A stretch of DNA of 24,000 nt from Mesorhizobium phage Cp1R7A-A1. The notes under the pieces are model-generated. The model ran no database searches. It saw only the letters and a list, made by a program, of their open reading frames with translations, and was not told the DNA's origin. A program made the position numbers and the translations under genes. Positions 8,782 to 15,141 of the stretch are shown piece after piece; within the stretch, counting starts at the first letter, position 1, and every line of letters starts with the position of its first letter. The stretch lies in the sequence record MT188704.1; one strand, written 5' to 3'.

Positions 8782-9633
8782 ATGCGTATTGCAGGTTTTG
8801 CACTCGGCGCGGTGGCGCTCATCGGAGCCATCGGGTTCTTCGGCTGCCTCCAGAGTATCGATGAAGGCGAACGTGGCGTGATCCTGCGCAACGGTGCCTA
8901 TGTCGGCATCGCCGAACCGGGACTGAATTTTGTCAACCCGCTGTTCGACTCCATCCGCGAGATTTCGATCCGCTCGAACTCGCGGCTGTACGAGAAGGAA
9001 GAGTTCTATTCCTTCGACCGCCAGCTTGCCCATGTCACCCTGTCGGTGACCTACAAGCTCGACCCCTCCAAGATCGAGCAGGTCTATTCCGAGTTTGGCT
9101 CGGAAGAGGGCGTGATGTCGCGTCTGGTCGACCGGCGCGTCAAGAAGGAAGTGAAGGAAGTGCTCGGCCAGTTCACGGCGGCGACCGCCATTCAGGAGCG
9201 CGGCAAGCTCGGCGTCGATGTCACCAAGGCCATGATCGCGAACATCTCCGGCCCGGTGCAGATCGAGTCTGTCCAGATCGAGGACATCAAGTTCTCCCCC
9301 GCCTACGAGCAGTCCATCGAGCAGGTCATGCTCGCCGACTCCAAGGTCAAGCAGCTTGAATCCGAGAAGCGGCAGAAGGTCGTCGAAAACGAAATGACCG
9401 TCGCCAAGGCGCAGGCCGATGCCGATGCCGTCGTGGCCAAGGCCAAGGCGGACGCCGATGCCAAGCGTTTGAACGGCGAGGGCGAGGCTGACGCCATCCG
9501 CGCCAAGGGCAAGGCGCTGGCCGAGAATCCGGGCCTGACCGCGCTTATCACGGCCGAGAATTGGAAGGGCATGCTGCCGACGACCATGGTGCCCGGTGGC
9601 GCGGTCCCTTTCATCAACGTGGAGCCCAAGTAG
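8782..9633 (+). CDS. SPFH/Band 7/prohibitin-family membrane protein
   Basis: N-terminal TM, SIDEGERGVILRNGAYVGIAEPGLNFVNPLFDSI and coiled-coil rich in AKAQADADAVVAKAKADADA typical of the family. Confidence 0.88.
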   Translation: MRIAGFALGAVALIGAIGFFGCLQSIDEGERGVILRNGAYVGIAEPGLNFVNPLFDSIREISIRSNSRLYEKEEFYSFDRQLAHVTLSVTYKLDPSKIEQVYSEFGSEEGVMSRLVDRRVKKEVKEVLGQFTAATAIQERGKLGVDVTKAMIANISGPVQIESVQIEDIKFSPAYEQSIEQVMLADSKVKQLESEKRQKVVENEMTVAKAQADADAVVAKAKADADAKRLNGEGEADAIRAKGKALAENPGLTALITAENWKGMLPTTMVPGGAVPFINVEPK

Positions 9634-9667
9634 CGGCCGGTGGCGGCTACCTGATCCACACCCCAGA

Positions 9668-9700
9668 GGGGACCGGTAGAAGATACCGGTCCCCATTTTT
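9668..9700 (+). terminator. rho-independent terminator
   Basis: GGGGACCGGTA-GAAGA-TACCGGTCCCC-ATTTTT, perfect 11-bp stem. Confidence 0.9.
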
Positions 9701-9714
9701 CAAGGGATAGGGAA

Positions 9715-10344
9715 ATGAAGAAGCTCTTTATAGCATTGGCCGCGCTTTTGATCCTCGCGGCACCGGCATCAGCCGCATTCCGATCGTTTGGCGGTGGCGG
9801 CTTCCGCCCATCCATCCGCATCACGCCGCGCTTTTCAGCGCCGAAGTTCACCATGCCGAAGACCTACTCGGCCCCGAAGTATTCCACGCCGAAGCCCTAT
9901 GTGGCTCCTAAGCCCTACGCCGCGCCGCTGACAAAGCCGTGGGAGAAACCTGCGGCCCCGAAGACCTACCAGCCTTATGTGCCACCGACCCATGCGCCGC
10001 CGCCTGTCGTTCAGCACCACTACCATGACAGCGGCCCGTCCTCGAACATCTGGTTCTGGATGTACCTGTTCAGCAACCACAACAACCAGCCTGCCCCGGC
10101 ACCTGCGCCGCAGCCTTACGTGCCCGGCACGCCGCCGACTGCCACCTATGGTCAGCCCCTGCCCGCTCCGCCCGCGCCCGCTGTTGATCAGTCCGACGAC
10201 AAGAGCACGGGACCGCGCAACATCAGCGCAGAGCCTCCCAAGGAGGACAGTTCGCCTTGGCAGCGCAATGCAATCTTCGCCTCGATCGTCGGAGCCCTCG
10301 CCCTCGGCGCATTCTTTGTCGCAAGAAAAATGCGAGCCGTGTAA
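9715..10344 (+). CDS. exported proline-rich protein with C-terminal TM
   Basis: signal peptide MKKLFIALAALLILAAPASA, KPYxAPKPYxAP repeats, C-terminal hydrophobic helix. Confidence 0.7.
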   Translation: MKKLFIALAALLILAAPASAAFRSFGGGGFRPSIRITPRFSAPKFTMPKTYSAPKYSTPKPYVAPKPYAAPLTKPWEKPAAPKTYQPYVPPTHAPPPVVQHHYHDSGPSSNIWFWMYLFSNHNNQPAPAPAPQPYVPGTPPTATYGQPLPAPPAPAVDQSDDKSTGPRNISAEPPKEDSSPWQRNAIFASIVGALALGAFFVARKMRAV

Positions 10345-10386
10345 AGAAACGGTTGACAAAAACTCCGCACTGTGAGAGAAGCACCG

Positions 10387-10464
10387 TGCGGAGTAGAGAA
10401 GCGGTCTATCTCGCCACGTTCATACCGTGGAGATCGTCGGTTCAAATCCGACCTGCCGCAACCA
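10387..10464 (+). tRNA. tRNA, anticodon CAT (Met or Ile2)
   Basis: AC arm CCACG-TTCATAC-CGTGG, T arm GTCGG-TTCAAAT-CCGAC, CCA encoded. Confidence 0.8.
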
Positions 10465-10590
10465 ATTGAAGGACCCATAGTCGTGAACCTGAACGTCGTC
10501 ATTATCCCCGAAGTGGAACCGGTGCTTGCATCGGGTCGGGAGATCGTGCGCGTCTAAGGGAGAACCTTCCACAAAGACACTGCGAAGTCC

Positions 10591-10625
10591 AAGGCCCGGC
10601 GCGAAAGCACCGGGCCTTTTTCTTT
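10591..10625 (+). terminator. rho-independent terminator
   Basis: AGGCCCGG-CGCGAAAGCA-CCGGGCCTTTTT. Confidence 0.85.
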
Positions 10626-10632
10626 GCGTCAA

Positions 10633-10707
10633 CTGGGTAAAGCTCGTGCAGAAGAGTACCGGCCTTGGAAGCCGGATGCCGGTGGGCGGAACACCGTACC
10701 CAGACCA
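10633..10707 (+). tRNA. tRNA-Pro(TGG), atypical T-loop
   Basis: acceptor CTGGGTA/TACCCAG + ACCA; AC arm CCGGC-CTTGGAA-GCCGG; T stem CGGTG/CACCG with GGCGGAA loop. Confidence 0.7.
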
Positions 10708-10748
10708 ACAAGCCCCATCGGGATCGGCGCGAATGCCGGTTCCGGTGA

Positions 10749-10824
10749 CGACCCTTAGCTCAATCGGGAGAGCGCCGATTTTACACGTCGGAGGCAGTCG
10801 GATCGAAACCGACAGGGTCTACCA
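10749..10824 (+). tRNA. tRNA-Val(TAC)
   Basis: AC arm CCGAT-TTTACAC-GTCGG; T arm GTCGG-ATCGAAA-CCGAC; ACCA. Confidence 0.85.
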
Positions 10825-10829
10825 GTTAA

Positions 10830-10905
10830 CGTCCCATAGCTCAGCCGGTAGAGCACTCGACCGATAATCGAGAGGCCGCGAGTTCAAACCTCGCTGGGAC
10901 AACCA
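10830..10905 (+). tRNA. tRNA-Ile(GAT), C33
   Basis: AC arm CTCGA-CCGATAA-TCGAG; T arm GCGAG-TTCAAAC-CTCGC; C1-A72 mismatch; ACCA. Confidence 0.8.
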
Positions 10906-10910
10906 AATAC

Positions 10911-10943
10911 GAACTTTCGCGTATCTGAGATGCGCGAAAGTTC
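10911..10943. repeat. 11-bp perfect inverted repeat GAACTTTCGCG...CGCGAAAGTTC
   Basis: read directly, between two tRNAs; no T-run. Confidence 0.7.
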
Positions 10944-10944
10944 T

Positions 10945-11020
10945 GCTCGCTTAGCTCACTCGGGAGAGCGCCGCTATGACATGGCGGAGGTACGCGGATC
11001 GAAACCGTGAGCGAGCACCA
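10945..11020 (+). tRNA. tRNA-Val(GAC)
   Basis: acceptor GCTCGCT/AGCGAGC; AC arm CCGCT-ATGACAT-GGCGG; T loop ATCGAAA; ACCA. Confidence 0.85.
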
Positions 11021-11095
11021 GCCGCATTCGTCTAGTGGCTAAGACGCTGGCCTTTCAAGCCGGAAAAGAGGGATCGAAACCCTCATGCGGAACCA
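11021..11095 (+). tRNA. tRNA-Glu(TTC)
   Basis: AC arm CTGGC-CTTTCAA-GCCGG; T arm GAGGG-ATCGAAA-CCCTC; ACCA. Confidence 0.85.
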
Positions 11096-11098
11096 ATT

Positions 11099-11173
11099 GG
11101 CCCACTCGTCTAGTGGCTAGGACGCCAGCTTCTCAAGTTGGAAAAGACGGATCGAAACCGTCGTGGGCTGCCA
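11099..11173 (+). tRNA. tRNA-Glu(CTC)
   Basis: AC arm CCAGC-TTCTCAA-GTTGG; T arm GACGG-ATCGAAA-CCGTC; GCCA. Confidence 0.85.
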
Positions 11174-11193
11174 TTAACCTTCCATCAGATTCT

Positions 11194-11234
11194 GTCCAGA
11201 ATTGCTTGACGGCTTGCCCGCAGCCCGGCTAATC
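11194..11234 (+). promoter_or_regulatory. promoter-like motif GTCCAGAATTGCTTGACG...TAATCT
   Basis: TTGACG-N18-TAATCT; shares GTCCAGAATT-NN-TTGAC with 13149. Confidence 0.5.
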
Positions 11235-11264
11235 TCTATTGGTCAACACGAACAGGAGATTACC

Positions 11265-11540
11265 ATGCCGCACGAACTTAACGCATACCGAGACGCGATC
11301 GACGCACTGATCGGGCCGATCGAAGAGATCATCGCCAAGGTCGAAGCGTTGCCTGCCGAGGCCCGCAAGGCAGCCTTCGCGGCCTACACGCTCGGCGGGC
11401 TGGAACAGGCCAAGGATACACTCGGCGACACGGTCGCCAGCATCGACGAGTTCGAAGAGCCGGAAGTCGAGACCGAGACCGAAGAGGAACCGGAGCCGGA
11501 CGAAGAAGACGACGAAGACACGGATGAGGACGAAGACTGA
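11265..11540 (+). CDS. hypothetical protein with strongly acidic C-terminal tail
   Basis: AGGAG RBS upstream of ATG 11265; tail ETETEEEPEPDEEDDEDTDEDED. Confidence 0.7.
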   Translation: MPHELNAYRDAIDALIGPIEEIIAKVEALPAEARKAAFAAYTLGGLEQAKDTLGDTVASIDEFEEPEVETETEEEPEPDEEDDEDTDEDED

Positions 11541-11704
11541 TGGCCCGTAAAGCGAACGTGGATCGCAAGGCCGAGGCGGTGGCGACGAAGATCAAAGAGA
11601 TCGCGCCACACGCCGACATGTTGGTCAGGATGCTCGACGAGACTAAGCTGGACATGCTCCTGTTGGCGCTTGGCATAGGCCGCGTCGACCTAAACGACTC
11701 CTGA
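11540..11704 (+). CDS. small basic/helical protein, 54 aa (MARKANVDRKAEAVATKIKEIAPHADMLVRMLDETKLDMLLLALGIGRVDLNDS)
   Basis: TGATG coupling with upstream gene; missed by ORF track. Confidence 0.55.
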   Translation: MARKANVDRKAEAVATKIKEIAPHADMLVRMLDETKLDMLLLALGIGRVDLNDS

Positions 11705-11716
11705 AAATGAACTCCG

Positions 11717-11758
11717 TCCGGACGGCTGTAAAGAATTTCTTGAGCCGTTCGGATTTTT
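11717..11758 (+). terminator. rho-independent terminator
   Basis: TCCGGACGGCT...AGCCGTTCGGA-TTTTT. Confidence 0.8.
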
Positions 11759-12102
11759 CTAGTTGACATTTTGGTGGCGATCGTGACATGCTTCGATCTG
11801 AGCTTGGCTCACGAGATCGCCTTTGCGGTCGCTTGACACGCTTTTAGGTTCACCGTATGGGGACCGCCCAGATTTGAGAATGTGCCTTCGGATCGATCAC
11901 TGCGCTTGCGCATATCCCCGAGGGACGTGGAACAGGAAGACTGACGTGAAATCGTTGTATTGGCACCAGATGACGCAGGGAACGAAGCGCTCGCTTCGCG
12001 CCTCCGCACGTCTGCTGGATACCGCCAATAGCTTCGGTATCGAGGGGTCTTCTGGAGATGGTGGCACGGTTTTCTAAAACCGACCCAACCATCAAAGTTC
12101 AG

Positions 12103-12136
12103 AAGGCCCCGGCGAGAAATCTCCGGGGCCTTTTTC
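12103..12136 (+). terminator. rho-independent terminator
   Basis: GGCCCCGG-CGAGAAATCT-CCGGGGCC-TTTTT. Confidence 0.9.
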
Positions 12137-12194
12137 GTTGCCTATCAGCCTTCGGGCTGCGCTCTTTGACATCGTGAGTATGATGACAAACACA

Positions 12195-12224
12195 ATCCCG
12201 GCCGGGAATCCGCCCGGCCGGGAT
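12195..12224. repeat. perfect 12-bp inverted repeat ATCCCGGCCGGG-AATCCG-CCCGGCCGGGAT
   Basis: read directly, upstream of tRNA-Trp. Confidence 0.85.
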
Positions 12225-12231
12225 CACGTGG

Positions 12232-12307
12232 ATCGGTTTGTTGTAGCGGTTAGCATGCGGGTCTCCAAAACCCTGCGGCGGGAGTTCGAATCTCTCAACC
12301 TTTGCCA
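12232..12307 (+). tRNA. tRNA-Trp(CCA), weak acceptor stem
   Basis: AC loop CTCCAAA, T arm GGGAG-TTCGAAT-CTCTC, GCCA. Confidence 0.6.
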
Positions 12308-12366
12308 CGTCATTTTGTCCACTTCCTAAGACACAAACGCGTGTTGTGTCTTAGCAAGTAGACATC

Positions 12367-12443
12367 GCCCTGCTGACGGAACTGGCAGACGTACCGGGCT
12401 CAAACCTCGGGTTTTCCGAGTTCGACTCTCGGGTGGGGCACCA
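12367..12443 (+). tRNA. tRNA-Leu(CAA), short variable region
   Basis: acceptor GCCCTGC/GTGGGGC; AC arm CCGGG-CTCAAAC-CTCGG; 5-nt variable region; T arm CCGAG-TTCGACT-CTCGG. Confidence 0.75.
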
Positions 12444-12447
12444 AATT

Positions 12448-12523
12448 GCGCGTGTGGCGAAATGGCAGACGCAAACGGCTCAGACCCGTAAAGCTGGAGG
12501 TTCGAGTCCTCCGACGCGCACCA
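12448..12523 (+). tRNA. tRNA-Leu(CAG), short variable region
   Basis: acceptor GCGCGTG...GACGCGC; AC loop CTCAGAC; T arm GGAGG-TTCGAGT-CCTCC; 76 nt total. Confidence 0.75.
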
Positions 12524-12528
12524 AACAT

Positions 12529-12611
12529 GTCCCGATGGCGAAATCGGTAAACGCTCGACGTTGAGAACGTCGTCCTTCGGGTTGCAGGTTCAAGTCCTGC
12601 TCGGGACACCA
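12529..12611 (+). tRNA. tRNA-Leu(GAG)
   Basis: acceptor GTCCCGA/TCGGGAC; AC arm CGACG-TTGAGAA-CGTCG; variable arm TCCTTCGGGT; ACCA. Confidence 0.9.
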
Positions 12612-12615
12612 AATT

Positions 12616-12687
12616 GCGGGCTTCTTCAAGATGAGGCAACAGCCTTCCAAGCTGCCAAGGCGGGTTTGATTCCCGCAGTCCGCTCCA
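12616..12687 (+). tRNA. tRNA-Gly(TCC)
   Basis: acceptor GCGGGCT/AGTCCGC; AC loop CTTCCAA; T arm GCGGG-TTTGATT-CCCGC; TCCA. Confidence 0.7.
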
Positions 12688-12729
12688 ATTTAACACTGTC
12701 GCGCACGTTAACATCACCACTGTTAGAAT

Positions 12730-12805
12730 GCAGGGATGACGGTAGCTGGTAACCGGCTGGGTTGTGTCCCCGGAATCGCCCGTTCGAACCGGGCTCCCTG
12801 TTCCA
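12730..12805 (+). tRNA. tRNA-His(GTG)
   Basis: AC arm CTGGG-TTGTGTC-CCCGG; T arm GCCCG-TTCGAAC-CGGGC; acceptor GCAGGGA/TCCCTGT. Confidence 0.8.
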
Positions 12806-12807
12806 AG

Positions 12808-12963
12808 TTTCAAGAGCGACGGCGCGGCGACACGCGTCAACGCCTACCAGTGAAGAGGTCCATGGCAAGTCACTGGCGGTTACGGAAGTCTGTTGATCTC
12901 CGCTCTCCGAGCTACCCGAAAGGATCGTTGGAAGCGGCTGCGGCCGGTCTTCCACTCTTGAAA
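12808..12963 (+). ncRNA. candidate structured RNA, unknown class, closed by 9-bp terminal helix
   Basis: TTTCAAGAG (12808-12816) pairs perfectly with CTCTTGAAA (12955-12963); internal CCAGTGA/TCACTGG helix. Confidence 0.45.
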
Positions 12964-12970
12964 ACCTATT

Positions 12971-13046
12971 GTGCCATTTCCCGTCTTGGTGAAGGGCTCC
13001 GACTGTCGATCGGAGAAGGCGAGTTCGATCCTCGTATGGCGCGCCA
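12971..13046 (+). tRNA. tRNA-Asp(GTC)
   Basis: acceptor GTGCCAT/ATGGCGC; AC arm TCCGA-CTGTCGA-TCGGA; T loop TTCGATC; GCCA. Confidence 0.85.
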
Positions 13047-13049
13047 ATT

Positions 13050-13129
13050 CTGCACGTAACCCCCATGGCTACGAACCATGAGAAAGGTAATGGAGGAAGA
13101 TGTAGGTTCGACCCCTACCGTGCAGGCCA
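13050..13129 (+). tRNA. tRNA-Arg(ACG), aberrant architecture
   Basis: acceptor CTGCACG/CGTGCAG; AC arm CATGG-CTACGAA-CCATG; T arm GTAGG-TTCGACC-CCTAC; no D arm evident, ~21-nt region between AC and T arms. Confidence 0.6.
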
Positions 13130-13148
13130 ATTCCAATCAGAGCCTTTG

Positions 13149-13211
13149 TCCAGAATTAATTGACAGGCGATGATTTTTCTAGTTGACAGAGCCGCGCACC
13201 TTCTGTAGGTG
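13149..13211 (+). promoter_or_regulatory. promoter region for the giant structured RNA (TTGACA-N17-TAGGTG at 13183-13211; second TTGACA at 13160)
   Basis: sigma70-like hexamers and shared GTCCAGAATT motif. Confidence 0.5.
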
Positions 13212-13214
13212 TGT

Positions 13215-14700
13215 GGACAACGAAATGAGCGGCACGGTTCGCCGGATCGCTCCCAAGTTTGGCGGCAAAGCGTCATTAGGATAAGCCGGGCAACCGGCCC
13301 AAAGATGGGACTCCCAAATGCCCATCGCGTGAGCAATCACGTCCGCCCTTGCAAGCCTAGTCACGGGAAGCGATCCCGGTCTACCCGCAAGGTGGAATAG
13401 GTCCGAAGATAGGGACGGTCGGCGGGCGAAAGCCCCGCCCGAAAGGCACTGTGGTGAGGCCAACGGTTTAGCCACGGTAGGGAGCCTGCAAGCTCCGGGC
13501 TGTCACGCAAACCTATCGAAGACGGATGACGAAGGGTAGTCAGTAGGTTCGAGGCTTAGCGGCCGAGGGCGACTGGCAGTCTGGACAGGTGGACGGCCGC
13601 AACGCCGTGGACATCGCGAAGGACGATCGAGTAGCCCCAGCCGGGCGAAAGGTAGCAGTAGGCGTGTTGTATTCCGGGTCTCAAAAGGACTTTGGAGCGA
13701 CTGGGTCAGCACGTCTCGATGGGTTGCGAGTAGCACAGTGGTAGTGCAATGGTTTCAGGAACCATCGGTCGCCGGTTCAATCCCGGCCTCAGATAACAAA
13801 CGCAAAGACTGACCCGGTTACGTGTGTAAGATGCCAAACGCCCAGCCCCTCGGGGAACTGGGTCATCCAATAGCCGCAAGCTGGAGGATGTCGGTGAGAG
13901 AGTGAACGGAGCCGGACGCACCGGCTAGTGGCTCGCAAGGCCAACGGGCATGAAGCCGCCGAGTAGCACGTAGCGACAAGCGACACGCCACGCTTCAAAT
14001 AAGGCGGCATTGAGCGATACGCGGTTAGGGCAACCGGCTGCGTGGATCATAAGGGAACCTCGCCCGCAAGGCGGTGGATAATCCTTGAAGGCGCTCGCGG
14101 AAAGCTGTAGTCTCAGGCTTCCAAAATCGGTCCCGCTTTGGTGACCAGCATGAGCGAATAGAGCTTTGCTCCCCTACGGGGTCCACTGCTCCGTTTGTGT
14201 TGACACTCCGCTTCGGCGGTCTTGTGCTGGTCTCCAAAGCAGGAACGCCCTTACTGGGCACGAAGTGGGTGTAGCTCAGGCCTGAAAGCGAGTAGGCGCT
14301 AGGCCAGCGTCGAAAGTCGTAGGACGCCACTCGGTCGCAGTCTTCTCAACACCGGTTGAGGGAAGGATGTCCGAGTAAGCGTGAGAGAGCGCCGGGCACA
14401 GTCCGGAGGACGCGGGTAAAAATCCCGCCGCCGACACGAAATTCAAGAGATAGAGCCGATCGGCTCTCCGAAGCGCGCAGGGTGCGGGTCAGCTAAAGGC
14501 CCAAGATCATGACCTGCCTAGCCAACGATCTGCACGGCGGCGAAAGCCCTACTGGAACTCCTTTAGCAAGAGGGAAGGTGCGCCGGTAGCCTCACTGTGG
14601 TCCCGTTGGAAAGTTTCAAGGATTGAGCCTTCTGGCTCTCCGAGCAGGGGGATCGGGTGGGGCCTCGCCGAGGCCTAGAGTGCCCCGATCAGCGGACGGC
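13215..14700 (+). ncRNA. candidate giant ornate structured RNA, GOLLD-like (ends approximate)
   Basis: dense GNRA/UUCG-capped hairpins over ~1.5 kb, no plausible CDS, phage tRNA-array context, tRNA-like fold embedded inside a 9-bp helix. Confidence 0.5.
13724..13797 (+). tRNA. tRNA-like element, anticodon CAG, embedded in the giant RNA
   Basis: D stem GCAC/GTGC; AC arm ATGGT-TTCAGGA-ACCAT; T arm GCCGG-TTCAATC-CCGGC; poor acceptor stem, no CCA. Confidence 0.55.
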
Positions 14701-14736
14701 CGTCACTCAGTCGAGTCGCACCCCGCGAATTTCATT

Positions 14737-14811
14737 GCAGGTATAGCTCAGTCGGAAGAGCACCGCGTTGCCAACGCGAAGGCGCGAGTTCGAATCTCGC
14801 TACCCGCTCCA
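14737..14811 (+). tRNA. tRNA-Gly(GCC)
   Basis: AC loop TTGCCAA; T arm GCGAG-TTCGAAT-CTCGC; TCCA. Confidence 0.85.
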
Positions 14812-14815
14812 ATTC

Positions 14816-14894
14816 CCTTCCGTAGCTCAGTCGGAACCAGAGCGCCGCCGTCCGAAGGCGAAGGTCGCCGGTTCGAGCCCGGCCGGAAGGTCCA
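14816..14894 (+). tRNA. tRNA-Arg(CCG)
   Basis: acceptor CCTTCCG/CGGAAGG; AC loop GTCCGAA; T arm GCCGG-TTCGAGC-CCGGC. Confidence 0.8.
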
Positions 14895-14898
14895 AGTT

Positions 14899-15045
14899 TC
14901 GATCGTAGCTCAGAACACGACGAGCAGCGGCAGACTGCGCATGCGGTCTGGCCGGACATAGCGGCTTCGCCTTAGACAAGCGGTGGCTGCAAAACCTCGG
15001 TGCTGTCTAGCCGGGGAGATGACGCGGGATTCGCCCGCCGATCGG
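14899..15045 (+). ncRNA. candidate enlarged tRNA-like/structured RNA
   Basis: TCGATCG...CGATCGG terminal helix, perfect D-like stem GCTC/GAGC, T-like stem GCGGG/CCCGC, ~70 nt extra in the middle. Confidence 0.4.
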
Positions 15046-15059
15046 ATGATCTTTCAGAT

Positions 15060-15132
15060 GGGGATGGCTCAGGGTAAGCGGGCATCCTTTGCACGGACGC
15101 TGCGGTGGGTTCGAGTCCCACCTTCTCCACCA
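15060..15132 (+). tRNA. tRNA-Ala(TGC)
   Basis: AC loop TTTGCAC; T arm GTGGG-TTCGAGT-CCCAC; ACCA. Confidence 0.75.
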
Positions 15133-15141
15133 TCTGTTTCT

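Noticed and set aside
10478-10557. 25-aa GTG-started ORF (VNLNVVIIPEVEPVLASGREIVRV)
   Set aside because: It has an AAGGA-like RBS and a downstream terminator, but it is too short to support without conservation or Ribo-seq.
12166-12190. Promoter TTGACA...TATGAT before tRNA-Trp
   Set aside because: The TATGAT is only ~8 nt from TTGACA; spacing is incompatible with a standard sigma70 promoter.
13240-14110. Duplicated RNA domain (CCCGCAAGGTGGAATAGGTCCGAAG vs CCCGCAAGGCGGTGGATAATCCTTGAAG)
   Set aside because: Similarity limited to short tetraloop-helix motifs; not enough to claim a duplication by eye.
14268-14340. Additional tRNA suggested by GGTGTAGCTCAGG
   Set aside because: D-arm-like string only; no matching anticodon and T arm or CCA could be placed.
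13215-14700. RNase P RNA or tmRNA
   Set aside because: The short GCCGGGCACAGTCC and GGTAAAAATCCC-like strings only loosely resemble RNase P; the full conserved GAGGAAAGTCCGGGC core and overall size do not match, and no tmRNA resume ORF was seen.
13215-14700. Group I or group II self-splicing intron
   Set aside because: No recognisable P7/P3/P8 core, domain V, or interrupted gene or homing endonuclease ORF; cannot be fully excluded without covariance models.
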